The position numbers and the translations under genes are program-made. Positions 50,727 to 63,132 of a stretch of DNA of 64,000 nt are shown here, piece by piece. Below the pieces are notes generated by a model. That model had not been told where the DNA came from. It worked only from the letters and a program-made list of their open reading frames with translations, and did no database searches. The stretch comes from Podarcis liolepis (lineage: Eukaryota), in the NCBI GenBank assembly GCA_965112155.1, contig OZ218114.1; one strand, written 5' to 3'. Position 1 is the first letter of the stretch; every line of letters starts with the position of its first letter.

Positions 50727-51605
50727 ATGTTAATAGCAGGGGCAGGGGGAGATGTGTGTGTGTGTTGGGGGCCCATTGTTGGCACAGTGCCAATTCCCAC
50801 CTGCGGAGACCCAGGAGTGGTCAGTGTCGTAAAGCCACTTCCAGCATCAGGAGGAGGTGGTGTTGCAGGCTTCACGCCCCAAACACACGCACAGAGGCTG
50901 GTTTCCAGCCCCCGCGCGATCAGGGGAATCCAGGGCCGTGTCATCCCCTGAGCCAGCCAATCGGCTGGCCAAGGGTGTGTGACTTGCCTCATTTAAGGCA
51001 AGTCGGGCCCCGGGATCTCCCTCTTTGGTCTGAACAGCTGCTGTTGTTTCCCGCCCGCCCTTTGAGGTTCCCCTTCTGACCTTGCCATGGACCTCGGTTG
51101 GTCACCGTTAAGAGGGGCCTGGTAGGATTTTTTTTCCACTTGGCAAATTGGCACCGGCCATTTGGTTTTTTGCCTACCTCGTAGCAAATCGTCACAACTC
51201 CTTTGGTTTTGGCGGTTAGGCATTGGTAGGGGTATTGTTATGTAGATGTGTTGGGGGGGAGCACCATCATCTCCCCCAAATATTGAAGGGTAGTCCGGTA
51301 AAGGATTCCGGGGGGCATGGCCTCATCCGAAGCCTATGGAGGTCATGGCTTAAAGCGCGCCCCCGAGTGGTAACCCCGGGGGAGTCCCTAGTTGATGTGC
51401 ATCAGCAGAGCTCCCCCTGCTGGTGTTAACCCTTCCCGGTCTTCAAGCAAACAGGCTGAAGCCGGATAGTCGGATAGGACCAATGCCTAAGCCAATACCG
51501 CTCTTTACCTGTAACCAATAAAGTTGTGGCCAATTTTAGCCCATTAACCTAAAACAATGGTGTCATGTGTCTTTATTTCTACTGGGGGGAGGCAGGAACT
51601 TGCCA
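50727..51605 (+). mobile_element. LTR-like element (solo LTR, about 880 bp)
   Basis: GC/CpG-rich block with TATA-like catttaaggc (about 50990) and ccaataaagttgtggcc polyA signal (about 51517); TSD not resolved. Confidence 0.55.
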
Positions 51606-52679
51606 TGCAATGCATAAAGTCAGCAACATCCAGCAGTTTCACAGAATCCCACAGTTCTGGAGCACAAACATATACTCCCATCATATAACACCACAGACTC
51701 AAGCAATAATTCAGTGTGGATTCATTCTCTCTCTTACAACTTGAAAACATATCTGCGACTATTCATTTTTGCTGAATGTATAAGGGTGGGAAGACATTCA
51801 GCCCACAGCCACTCCTGGCCCATTCAACCTTCAATCCACTAGAAATGACCATCCCGTTGAAAAAGCATGTGTTGTTAGATGTTCACATCATACACACACG
51901 CAATATTGTCATTTTTCATTTGCAGGAAGCTTCCACCTGAAAGAACCCCCTTGCAACCTCCCCCACTCTAAAAGCTGAGCCCCTCTGCAGCACGTGAGCC
52001 AAACCTGGGTGGGGAAAGTCAGCCATTCATTTGCAAGGCAGCCGCTTTACCTTGAATTATTAATGCTAACCTACGCCAGCAATTTTCCACCAGAGAGAGC
52101 TCAGCCTTAATTGTTATACCAATAAAGCCAGGTTGAAATGGTCTACCGGTACGGCGTCCTGGGTAAACAGGTTTGCCTGAGAGGCGCCTGGCGGTCTATA
52201 AACAATCTCCCCCACTGCTGAAATGCTGTTTGGCATGAGAGTTCTCATTAAAATACCCCTACCTTGGATTTCAATCATCAGCTAATTATTATTAATTCCC
52301 CCTCTCCTATCTGTATGTTTTTCAATAGAGGCCCTCTCTCTTGCTTCAGCGAGGAAAGCCTCCATGTCCACATGATGCAAAAGCCCCTTTTAGCAACAAA
52401 TGGCAATGGTTTAGAAAGGCTATTTCTTCACTGCACACAAATGCTCCTTTCCAATGCTTGGTTAGTAACAGCCAACAGCATACCAGAAGAAAAGCATGTT
52501 TAAAACAGGCTGAATAACAGATTTGGTACATAGGAATACTGAATGCAAATGCAGTGTGATGGAGAAAGAGGGAAACCTTGGCTGTGAGCACTAATAGCCA
52601 AAATGGGGCGACACAAAAAAATTGCAGAGGTGTCACCATTATTTGGAATGAAGGCTGAGCCATGCCAATCCCGGGTCAG

Positions 52680-52693
52680 ACACTAGAGGGCAC
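52680..52693 (+). promoter_or_regulatory. Candidate CTCF site ACACTAGAGGGCAC
   Basis: One mismatch to the CCACTAGAGGGCAC core; motif only. Confidence 0.3.
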
Positions 52694-53779
52694 AGAGAGA
52701 CCAAGGCATGGCATCACCCATGAGGCTTGAAAGGGCTGTGGGTGCATGCGTGGGCCCCTTTGGACAAACCAACCAAAGCAACAGCTCAACAAATGATTCA
52801 GTCATGATTTCTAAGCATGCAAACAGAGATTCAAGGGCAGGAGGCTCAGATGTTATCCCCTCTAGGCTTGTAAAGGCTGATACTTCCTTGGGATCTGTGG
52901 TTCACTCACCTACTTTCCTATTCAGCATCAACCAATTACTTCTTGTCCTAATTAGGCTGGACAAATGTTCTCTCTCTTCCATATATTACATGGAACGAGG
53001 CTGATACCCCCTCATCACCACCCCTCCCAAATAGAAGATGCTCCTCTCAACTGCTTGCTTTTACTTATTTAAAGTGAGAGGGAAGGCCAAAAGCAGACAT
53101 GTGATGTGTTATTATCTATCAGAGCTGACCCTGTCACCACTAGAACAGGCTGTACAGATAGCAGCAGGCTTCTCCCCTCCTTGTGCTGGCGGTGCGGAAT
53201 GTGCTAGTTCCAAGGTTGTGGTAGCCTGTGAAAAGTTTAAAGATCAGCAGTGAGGAAGGGCTATACAAGGAAGCTGAGGTAAATATTGGGGGTGGCAAGG
53301 GGGCGGGGATATAACTCTTGCAGCCTTAATAAAAAGAGAGTGCATGTTTTTAGTTTTTTGCTAACCCCTCAACGGGCTCCCAGCCTCCTCAGGGCATCAT
53401 ATACAATACAAGCAAGATCCCAGGTCCCCCATCTTTTTGTCACACTGCAACATGACCAAGAAAGGCACCAAGGATACGGCTTTATATACAGGTTCTCTGC
53501 AAACTCCTGCTCAGATCTCACTGAAGTCTTTGGATTAACAGGAAACAAAACTTTGAACTCCTAAACCAGTCTAAGCTGCTTATGTTCCCCACCTGTGCGT
53601 CATTTCATGCTGCCTGGCATCATGATAGAAGGCAATGCAAGTCTGCCAGCTAGGAAATAAAAGTTCAAATTGGCAAATGTCTCACATATTGTCATAGGAA
53701 GGAACATTTTCTCCTACATTCCAGATGCCTTGAAAATTGAGGATTTACTACTATAACACAGGTTTGCTTTATGGCTGAG

Positions 53780-53908
53780 TTGGGGACCAGATGGCCCTCC
53801 AAATGCTGCTAGACTACAACTCCAATCATCTCTGGCCATGAGCCCTGCTGGCTGGAGATAATGGAATCTAAAGTCTAAAAACACCTGGAAGATCAGGTTC
53901 CTCAACCC
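53780..53908. mobile_element. Short palindromic MITE-like repeat copy
   Basis: ggccctccaaatgctgctagactacaactccaatca...atggaatctaaagtctaaaaacacctggaag. Confidence 0.6.
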
Positions 53909-56900
53909 TGTGCTTTAAGACATTTTAAATATGGAGAAAAAGGTGGGGAGGAGCCTTTATTGCTGGCCCCATAAAAAGCAACTAAAACATAATGGAGAAA
54001 GTACTAAAAGCCAACTTCTACTGTTACCCATTTATTTTAGACTTGGTATCCCTGACACCTCTACCTGCCTGCCCAGAAAGAATGGTTTTGGAGAGGTATG
54101 CCAGATGGTCTCCAGTGAATAGCAAAAGTAGTGCCACATGACTGAGGGGCCATTTGCTAATGCCTTCTGGGGGGAGAAGCCATACTACAGTCCTCCGAGG
54201 TTAATGTACATTGGGTATGCATACAGCTCAGTGGCAGTTTGCATGCTTCATGTACTAAGGTTAGTGCAACTGTGGAGTCCCTCTTCAGATCCCCACTAAA
54301 CCACGAACCCCGCTGTTGGCCATGGGGCCAGCCACTACCTCTCAGCCTTTCCTCACCACAGGCTTGTTGTGAGGAGAAAAGTAGATGGGATGAGGCCCTT
54401 GTAAACTGTGTTGAACTCGGTGGATGTGCATAAAACTGACTTAAATAAAACTACAGCCCCAGGTTTGACCCCTGGCAGTGTCTCCAATTAAAGGGATGCC
54501 TGGAACCTTGAAGAGTTGCTGCCAGTTGAAGCCATTCTGACTAAACCAGCCATCTTTAATCCTTCCAGGTGTTGTTGACCTCTATCTCCCATCAACCACA
54601 GCTAACACAGCCAATTGCCAGGGATGATGGGAGCTGTGGTCAAACAATATTGGTTAGCCAGGGTGGCACAAGGCAAAAGAGTATGACCTGGTCTAAGACA
54701 TCTTAATGATGATGACTCAGTACAGGGGGAAGCAGTGCCAGCCACTCAAAAACCTCAGTCTGTTTTCTCTCCAGTTAGCCTGCCCTCTCAGAGAAGAAAA
54801 CCCCAGGATACGAAAGATACAGAAGTCTCTGTTTCTTGGGTTTGACTCCAGTTCTCATAAGCTACTGTGAGGTCTAATGAGGGAGATGCCTTTCCTACGC
54901 ATTAAACACAGACATTGGTTATTCTCTTTTTCAAGCTGTTCAAGTATCACTGTACTTGGTGCAAGATGACATCAGCATCACGACTCCACCCAAAATGCTG
55001 GGTATGCTGGCACAATCCATTTATTTATATGAATGACATGGAAGAAATGCTCCAGTACATTCCTGATGCACAAGAGCAACTGGCCTCAGAGAAAAATAGC
55101 AAATTTCTGCTATGGAAGCATCATTTATCCCACAGCGACATCCTGCTGATGACAACGGCCCAATTACCCCTGGGCACGCTGCCCTCTAAGAACAGATTCT
55201 TTAATAAGAAAGCTAATTTAGTCCCATCTCAAGAGAATGTGGCATCAACTTTTCTTTTCGAGGTTTGCTGACTCCAGAAATACATTTTTAGCCAGGCGCA
55301 GAATGAAAGACAGCAAAGCACCCTGCCGGGTCATTTCAACCCATTAAAATTCCAGTGGTCTACCACTGGCAGTACCAGCTAATCCTACGTACAGAAGTCT
55401 GGGATTAGTTTTCAGAAGACTCACAGCACACTGAGACAATGCTAGGCCTGATCCACCGGGAATTTGCACTGAATTTGCTCATTTGCAATTAGCACAAGCT
55501 GCACATTTCCATGTGCAACACACAACTATTTCAAATGGGATTTGAATAAGGGAAAGAGCTCAGTGAATCCTGCCCACTCTTTTTCCTTCTTCTAGCCTGG
55601 GGCGAGTAAGGAAGAGAGAAAGCTATCATTTCCCTCGTCTGTCATTTAATGTGTTCGCCACAGCTCTCCAAACAAGGCAGACGCAGCACATTTTATAGAA
55701 ACAACAATACATCACAGCAAGCCGCCGCCACCGCCGTAACAAGGCAGTCAACCAAAGTAGCTTTAGGCTGGGAATCAGCCCTAAATAGTTTTTATTTGGG
55801 GTGGGTATCCTACTATGAGTAGCGGATTTCATAGAGTAGCACGTCGCTCTTCAATCAACAGACAGCATCTAAGGCTTGTAAAAAAGAAGAGGAACATCAG
55901 CCTTCATCTCTTTGGCAAACCATCATTCCTCTACTCCAGAAGGAAATGAGTTAACAAGGGAACTGGATCCAGCCCCAAAGAACTCTGCACACATTCCCAA
56001 CAGCACCCTAAGCAGGTTACGTAGCCTGCATAATTGCCTGAGGAGCTGCTCAGAGCCCTGGAATTTTTACAGTTTCCTTCAGAGAGTCAAGGAGTACAGA
56101 TTGCAGCTCTCTCTCTTTCTCTGCATTGTTCTTGGCTTTCTCTTTTCTTGAAAGACAAAGAACAGCTCTATGGGAAAGCTTGTGAATATTCATGAGATGT
56201 CTCTTTCTTAGCCACATTCTCCCTGAAAGAGAGAACCGCCTGCCAGGTGACGACTTTCATGTTACACCTCTGCAGCCCCGGCAATAAAAATTCACTCCAC
56301 ACTGTAATTCTCCTCCTAGTCTCACAGAATCCCCACGCTGCAAAATTAGCTCTGAGCTAGAAGACAGTTTCTTATGATTACTAAGGTTGCCATCGTAACC
56401 TAAATATAGAGATGTGACACCCACGAAAAAGCAGGCAGATTTAGGCACTATCCTTGCCTTTCAGTGGGTAGATCCCAGGCAAGATGGCTGCTCATTCATG
56501 TAGAAGTGTCTAATTACATCTACAAAGTTTTGCTCTTGTCACAGTGAAGCCTCTGACGCTGGTTGATTGAGCTGGCGCCATGGCATGGAATGTCCACAAA
56601 CATTCCACCTGCTCAGGAAATAGAGCTGTCAGCCAAGAATAACTGTCAGTTGGGCTGAGCTTAACACCTTACAAATGCCCTGTGGAAGGAGAAGCTTAAT
56701 GAGAGAGGAGCAAAAGAAGAAGACTCAAAAGCTCAAGTTTGATTTTCCTTTAGAAAAAGAAAAGAAAATGAGAAGTGTGGCTGGTACATAACTTCAGGCT
56801 CAGATACAGACACCCAGGGCTTTGGGGGAGGGAGGGGACAAAGTTGTTGAGCTCCATTGTACAGCAACAATGGCCATGCCAATACGATTGCGATTGCCGC

Positions 56901-57229
56901 CCACCGGCGCACAACCCCAACCTAAAGAGATGCCCAAAGACACCTAAGAGGTGATGGAACTCAGTTCTGGTGAATTCTGGCTGAAAAAAAGCCCTGCACA
57001 CATCTAAAGTGTCCTCAGGTGTTTTTTACTCCAGAGTGATTCCCTGCTACCAGCTTGTGATGAAATGTGCAACTTGAGTCTAAAAGTATTTTTCTTTTTT
57101 TTAAACTTGCTGGATTTGAGTTAACCCATTAACCCTACCTAATCCTTCTGCTCGAGACCACATTTAGACTCAAACATGACATAACAGCTGGAGGTGAACC
57201 TTGCAATGCACACGTCTACATGAAAATGC

Positions 57230-58190
57230 AAGAAAAGAGCCTGGCTGCTGTATCACACCAAGGGCTTGTCTAGTCCAGCATTCTGTTCTCACAATGCTTA
57301 TGTGAAGACCACCAGTATGAGCACGGTAGTTCCCTTGCACTTGTGATCCTCAGCAGCTAGCATTCAGAAACATATTTTGCATGGCACAGAGAAAGTAGGT
57401 ATCATCACAAAATATCAGACATGAAATGAAGCATGGATTGTGATCAACTTGGAGGGCTTTAAAAGAGGATTAGACCAATTGTCTACCAATGGCTCCTAGC
57501 CATGATATCTATGATCTGTCTTCAGGGTTGGAGGCAGAAATGCTTCTGAATAGCAGTTACTGGAAACTAAAGGAGGGGAGGGTGCTCTTGCGATTAGGCC
57601 CTGCTTGTCAGTTTTCCATCAGACATCTAGTTAGCCTCCTTGAAAATAGTATGCTGCATAACAGGGTTCATTGGCTTGATCCAGTGAGTTCTTCTTAGCT
57701 TCATATATGGCCCCTCATCCTGAACATAGTATACGGGCATGATGACTAGTAGCTTCTGATGCCTTAACCTCCATGAATTTGTCTAATTCCCCTTTAAAGT
57801 TGGTGGTCATCACTACATCTTGTGGTAGAGAATTCTATAGTTTAACTATGTGCTATGTAAATAAGTACCACTTCCTTTTGTCCGCCCAGAATCTCCCACC
57901 AGCCAGTTTGCTGGATGACTCTGGGCTCTAGTTTAATGAGAGGGGCGTCTAACCACTTTCTCCACAGCTTGTATAATTGCAAACAGCTCTATCTTTTCTC
58001 CATTACTAACCTTTCCCCTAATCTGAAAAGCTCCAAATATTACAGCCTTTCTGTATAGGGTAAAGTAACCAGAATTCCACACAGTTTTCCAAGTGTGGTT
58101 GTACCATAGATTTGTAGAAAGGCGTTACGATATAAGCTGCATTACTTCCAATGCCTTTCCTAATGACTCCAACATGGCTTCAGAAGATCC
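57230..58190. mobile_element. Nested CR1 LINE 3' fragments (minus-plus-minus)
   Basis: 57230-57400 and 57720-58190 are antisense CR1 (tctagtccagcattctg; ctccatgaatttgtctaa...tccaagtgtgg); 57430-57700 is a sense CR1 3' end (ggctttaaaagaggattagac). Confidence 0.7.
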
Positions 58191-59003
58191 TGCCTGGTCC
58201 TTCTAGTAGGAAGCATCAACCATATCAGGAATGTCCTCTAGCAGCATCTGGCAAACTGGGCATGCTGAACTGGTCCTGTCATGTATCACATATATTCAGT
58301 CATAGATCAAGAACTCTAATCACCGTAATGTTTATTATGATGGCAATGCTTGTGAAAGCATTTACAAGACAGTGACCCATGATGGCTCTTCTCCCAGGTG
58401 ATTTCCTGAGCATGGAAAAAGTGGCTTGGACCATATTTTGGCACTGCTAACTTCAGATCTGGCAGCCCATCTTAATGCTTTAAGCAAATGTGCAGGAAAA
58501 TGTCACCACAAAGTGAGATATCAGTGTTAATTCTGCACTGATACTTGCTCCTATAAAAACACCCCTTTCTGTAACCTACGTGGTCAAGCAAAGATGCAAG
58601 CACCAGAAAAAGTTACAATGGGAGTGATCCCATTCCAAAGCTGTTATGACTCTCATCGTGTGTGGACATGTTGATAAGGAAATGGTGGTGAACTACACAG
58701 GATTTACAGTATTTTGTTCTCAGAAAAACAACTATGCCCCCTTAGTCAGTGTGAGATCTAAACAGCTCTAAAATGTAACAAGAGGCCAATAATGGGTTTG
58801 CATTGCCATTTAGATACTCTTAAAGCAGCAGCTCCTCATATCAGCTTGGGTTATATTGAAAAACATTTGCAAATGAGATCAACCATACAGGAAGAAGCCT
58901 GATCACACCCTTACCCCTTTTCCTTCCCCCCCTTTTTTTTAAAGGGATGACTCTTTCTGGGGGAAAGGAAAAAGGAATTGATCTCAGCTAGTCTGCAGAG
59001 CCA

Positions 59004-59017
59004 GTTGCCATGGCAAC
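59004..59017. promoter_or_regulatory. Perfect RFX X-box palindrome GTTGCCATGGCAAC
   Basis: Exact match to the canonical RFX dimer site, in apparently non-repeat intron 1 DNA; function untested. Confidence 0.5.
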
Positions 59018-60506
59018 ATATCCGGTAATTCCCCAGGAATTGGATTGGAAAGGAGGAGTGTGCTTTGATGGCTCTGGAGATATCAGAGGAAGAAGATGCA
59101 AGGAAGGTAAATGTGTCAGTTCTGAAAGAAGGAAGAGGCTGGGGAAACTAAGAAGCGGCACACTCACCAGGTCCAAAAATTGGGTATTTTAGTATTTGGA
59201 AACAGAAGTTGCTGACTGACCCGAAGAGCATTCTTAATAGGATGGAGATGGAGCAGATACCCCAAGCAAGTGCCTGTTGCAAGAGTATTGGAGAGTTCTG
59301 GGTTCAAGTCTCCACTGTGCTCAGTAACAAACACAGGACCAAATATCACAATAGAAAGGGGGTGAAGATGAGAAATAGAGAGAATAGCATATGAAAAGCA
59401 GAAAGAAGAGAGCTAAAAAGAAAGAGCACAGGCCTGATAGCCTGGATTAAGAAACAAGAAAACATTATTCTTAATGCTGTCACTGTGGTGGCCAAAATAG
59501 AACTCAGCGAGAAGGCATGAAGTCCACTCTTCTAAACAGGAACATTGGAAATGGTTGGCATGGGCTGCCACTTTCCCCTAAGTCTTCCTAAACATTTTTG
59601 CAAATTCACTTTTATATAGCTGAAATAGCACCACCACTAATAAAAAAGATGCAATTCCATAATCTGTAAGTAACCAGTGACTAGGTCCCACTGAATTCAA
59701 TGGGGCTACACTGGAGTATAAACATTCATAAGCATGGCCTGCACTGCTAATAAGAATGAAGGATGTCTCATTGTGGCTAGAAAGCATTCTGGCCAGCAGA
59801 ATCATTGCAGCAACTGTAGTTAAAATGTTGTGGAAAGGTATCAATAAATTTGCAAGAGACACTGTTTTATGGCTGTCCTGATTATGTTCTTGATAGAAGC
59901 TCTTTAAAGCTTGGGGGTGGAGTGTGGGGGATCATAAAACTAATAGCCTTGCTATTTTTCATAGCAAATATTTTCATTCACCCACAGTGGACTAAGCCAA
60001 GACACTTTATGAAGCCATTAAAATCAGAGTGTAGGCAAAATTAATTTAAAACTTTAAAAAATATATTAAGAAACCTACATTTCCCGACAAAGAGGAGAGA
60101 TGTATGGGTGGGGAGGTCCATGTGGCTGGTGGAAGCTGGTGAAAAGGCAAATGTTGTTAAAGAAATATGAAACGCCTACTCTGAAACACTCACCTAAAGA
60201 TCACTCTTCATTTTCTGCAACTGACCACAAGCATCCACAATGTCAGAATCTTCCAAGACTCTGCCAACATGTACCCACACGCACATGGATTTTAGTTCAT
60301 TTTCTTCCATCCATATGCCATTCTGTCAAACTTGTGACAGCTTATAATGAGGGAGGAGCCCTAGTTCAGCTCCATGATTCGTCCACCATTGAAATACCCC
60401 TTGGATTCCACTTCATTTGCCTTCAATACATAATCAAAGATTTTGCATGTATTCCTCTTACATATTAAAAAAAATATACCAAAAAAAGTAAAAATCTCTA
60501 GTTTCC

Positions 60507-60540
60507 CGGGGTGGGGGTGGGGGTGGGGGTGGGGGTGGGG
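60507..60540 (+). repeat. (GGGGGT)n G-run repeat, G-quadruplex-capable
   Basis: Six G4-G5 tracts separated by single T. Confidence 0.85.
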
Positions 60541-60939
60541 AGAGATAATAAAATTGTAAAAATATTGAAGTCTGTTCTATAAGGGCACAAGTGTACTTCC
60601 TTGCAGGGAGATGTTTTTAACACACGCTCTTAGTTTTTGCCATTTTAAAAAGGGAATAAATCTTTATTATTGATGATGATGATGATGATAAATATTCCAG
60701 ATGCCTTTAATGAAGGGATTTTTTTAAAAAAGGTATGGTATTTATCTTGATAAAAAGAAAGCCAAAAGTTCACAACTGCATAGCTACATAATCAGAATTG
60801 AAAGGGAACTCATGTCATCAAGTATAGTCTCCTGCTGATAAAAGAAACTCCAGATTTCTGGAAAGATTTTATATCGATACAGATATCCTATTCAAGTTCC
60901 CCCAGTTTTCAGTTTTCATTCTTTATTTACCTATATTAA

Positions 60940-61195
60940 GATTGTAAGAAGAGCCAGGTGTAGTAAACCAAATCAGGCCAGTCACCCATTTAGTCCAGCA
61001 TCTTGTTTTCATGGTGGCCAAGGAGATGCCTATATATAAGCAGGACTTGAGCGCAACAGCAGCTTCTCACTTGCGTTTCTCAGCAATTGGCATTCTGAGG
61101 CATATACCTTCTGATAATGGAAGTACAGTAGTACACGGCCATCGTGAATAGTAGCCATTGATAACCTGATCCTCTTCCATGAATTTGTCTAATCA
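60940..61195 (-). mobile_element. CR1 LINE 3' end
   Basis: taagaagagcc...tttagtccagcatcttgttttc...tagccattgataacctgatcctcttccatgaatttgtctaatc. Confidence 0.7.
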
Positions 61196-62385
61196 CCGTC
61201 CAGAGTGGCTGGGACAACCTACTCAGGTGGGAAGAATACATTTGTTGTTGTTGCTATTGTTGTTCCTAATTTATAGTCATGTACGTCGGCAGCCATCACT
61301 ACAGTTATTCTCTGTGACTGAGACTGCTCCTCTCCTGGAAGTACTTTCAAACACTGCTGGAGGTATCTGGATAGCCATGAATGGACAGAGAATGCTGAAC
61401 TTGATATACTTTTCATCTGATCCAGTGAGACAATTCTTACCTTGTTCACTAACTCCATCTACAAAAAATAACCAAACAGCTGCCCTTCCCCATATGCTCT
61501 GACATTTGATCAGCTTCTGAGAGAATGAGGTCCTCTGCATGACAAAAACCTGTGTGATTTGTTTGCCCTCAATTTAGAAGCAAGGACCGGGCCTTCTTGC
61601 AGAGCTGACCAGACATGATTGCATTCAGTTCCTTTTGATCATCTGTCATCTGTTTGCTAAGGTGTTGTTGTTTTTTAATGTTATTTGCTACTAATATTCC
61701 CTCCTCTCAACAACCCGCACAGCTGCTTTACAAGACCAGAAGGTACCTCTGGAAGTGACACTTCCTCAAGTAGCACTTCAGCCTTGACATCCACCACTCT
61801 TCTGCTCCCATTATTTGCCCATTTAGTTCCTATTTTCCTGGTCCCTGGCCCTGTTAAATCACTCACACTGGAAGGATGCTAGTTGAAATTTTGTCAGTGT
61901 GAGGAGCAGCCCCTTTAAGGGTATCAAAATGGCAACGCAGATCCATAATCAGTCTGTTGTTATCCTTCATGGCTATTTAGAGCTCAACAATGATTACAGG
62001 GGAGAGTGGTTTTTCCTAGAACAAATGCTGTAAATTCTGTGTAATTCTTCACCATTCAGTTATCAACCTGTCCACACATGACAAAAGAGATATATCTCCT
62101 TTGAGTGGGAGTTATTGTTCTTCATAGTTCAGCTCCTTCTTCTCGAAGTTAAACCTCTGAGCAGGGGGCAGATGTGCTGTGTCATCCAATCAAACTGAAT
62201 TATCTTTGGAGGTAGGGTAATGGAATCTTATGAGCCCTCAAAGAGGAGATATGTACCACAGGGTCAAGCAAAAATCTCTCAGCACTGCCTTCTGGAAACA
62301 GCATACGGGTAAGAGTAGAACCACTACAAGACAGGCCTACCCATACCCAACTCAGACATGCTCTCCAGAAGTATACCCTGGCTAT

Positions 62386-63132
62386 TAGGCCTGAGCGATA
62401 TACCCATGTATCGCCCAGGACCTGTATTAGAGGTGGACCGTGATGACAGCTTCATTCAGCGGTATACTGCTGGTGAAACCACCGCCTCCTGAGTCCCCCT
62501 GCTACCAGCGCCCAGCACGCTGATGGAGAAAGAAGCTGCACCCAGGCACTGGAGGCAGAGGGACTCAGGAGCAGTGGCTGTTTCACCAGCGATATACCAC
62601 TGAGTGAAGTCGCCACTGTGGCATGCCCTCATACTGCTGCAGAGGGAGAAACAGCCTGTCCGCACATCTCGCCCACCAAGGCGCAATACAGCTTGTTCCT
62701 CCCTCTGTTTCAACAAGCCCTGTGTCCCTCCGGCTTGAGCACTCTGGAGGGACATGGGGCTTGCTCAGCCAGGAGGGTGTCTCTGTGTGAAAAGAAGCAG
62801 TCTCTGATGGAGAGGAAGTCCACCCACACCTCTTGCCCATCCCAAGGCGGTGGAGAAAGCTGCCGATGCTGCCTCAGCTGTCTCCGACGCCTTGGGACAG
62901 GTGGGCGGGAGGTGCCAACGGTCTGCTTCTTCATCCATGGAGGGTGAGACTGCCTGCTCACTCCCCCACCCTGCCCATGCCAAGGCAGTGGGCGAAGCAG
63001 CATACAAACAGTGTTGGCACACCGGCCTCATCCGCCACTGCTTTGACATGGACTTCTTTCCGACACTGATATATCGCGGTATAGAGCTGGCAGTATGTTA
63101 TGATGTTGGAAAATAGTTATCGCCCAGCCCTA
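62386..63132. mobile_element. hAT-superfamily non-autonomous transposon, 747 bp
   Basis: Perfect 8-bp TSD ctggctat (62378-62385 and 63133-63140); 15-bp TIR taggcctgagcgata / tatcgcccagcccta (2 mismatches). Confidence 0.92.
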
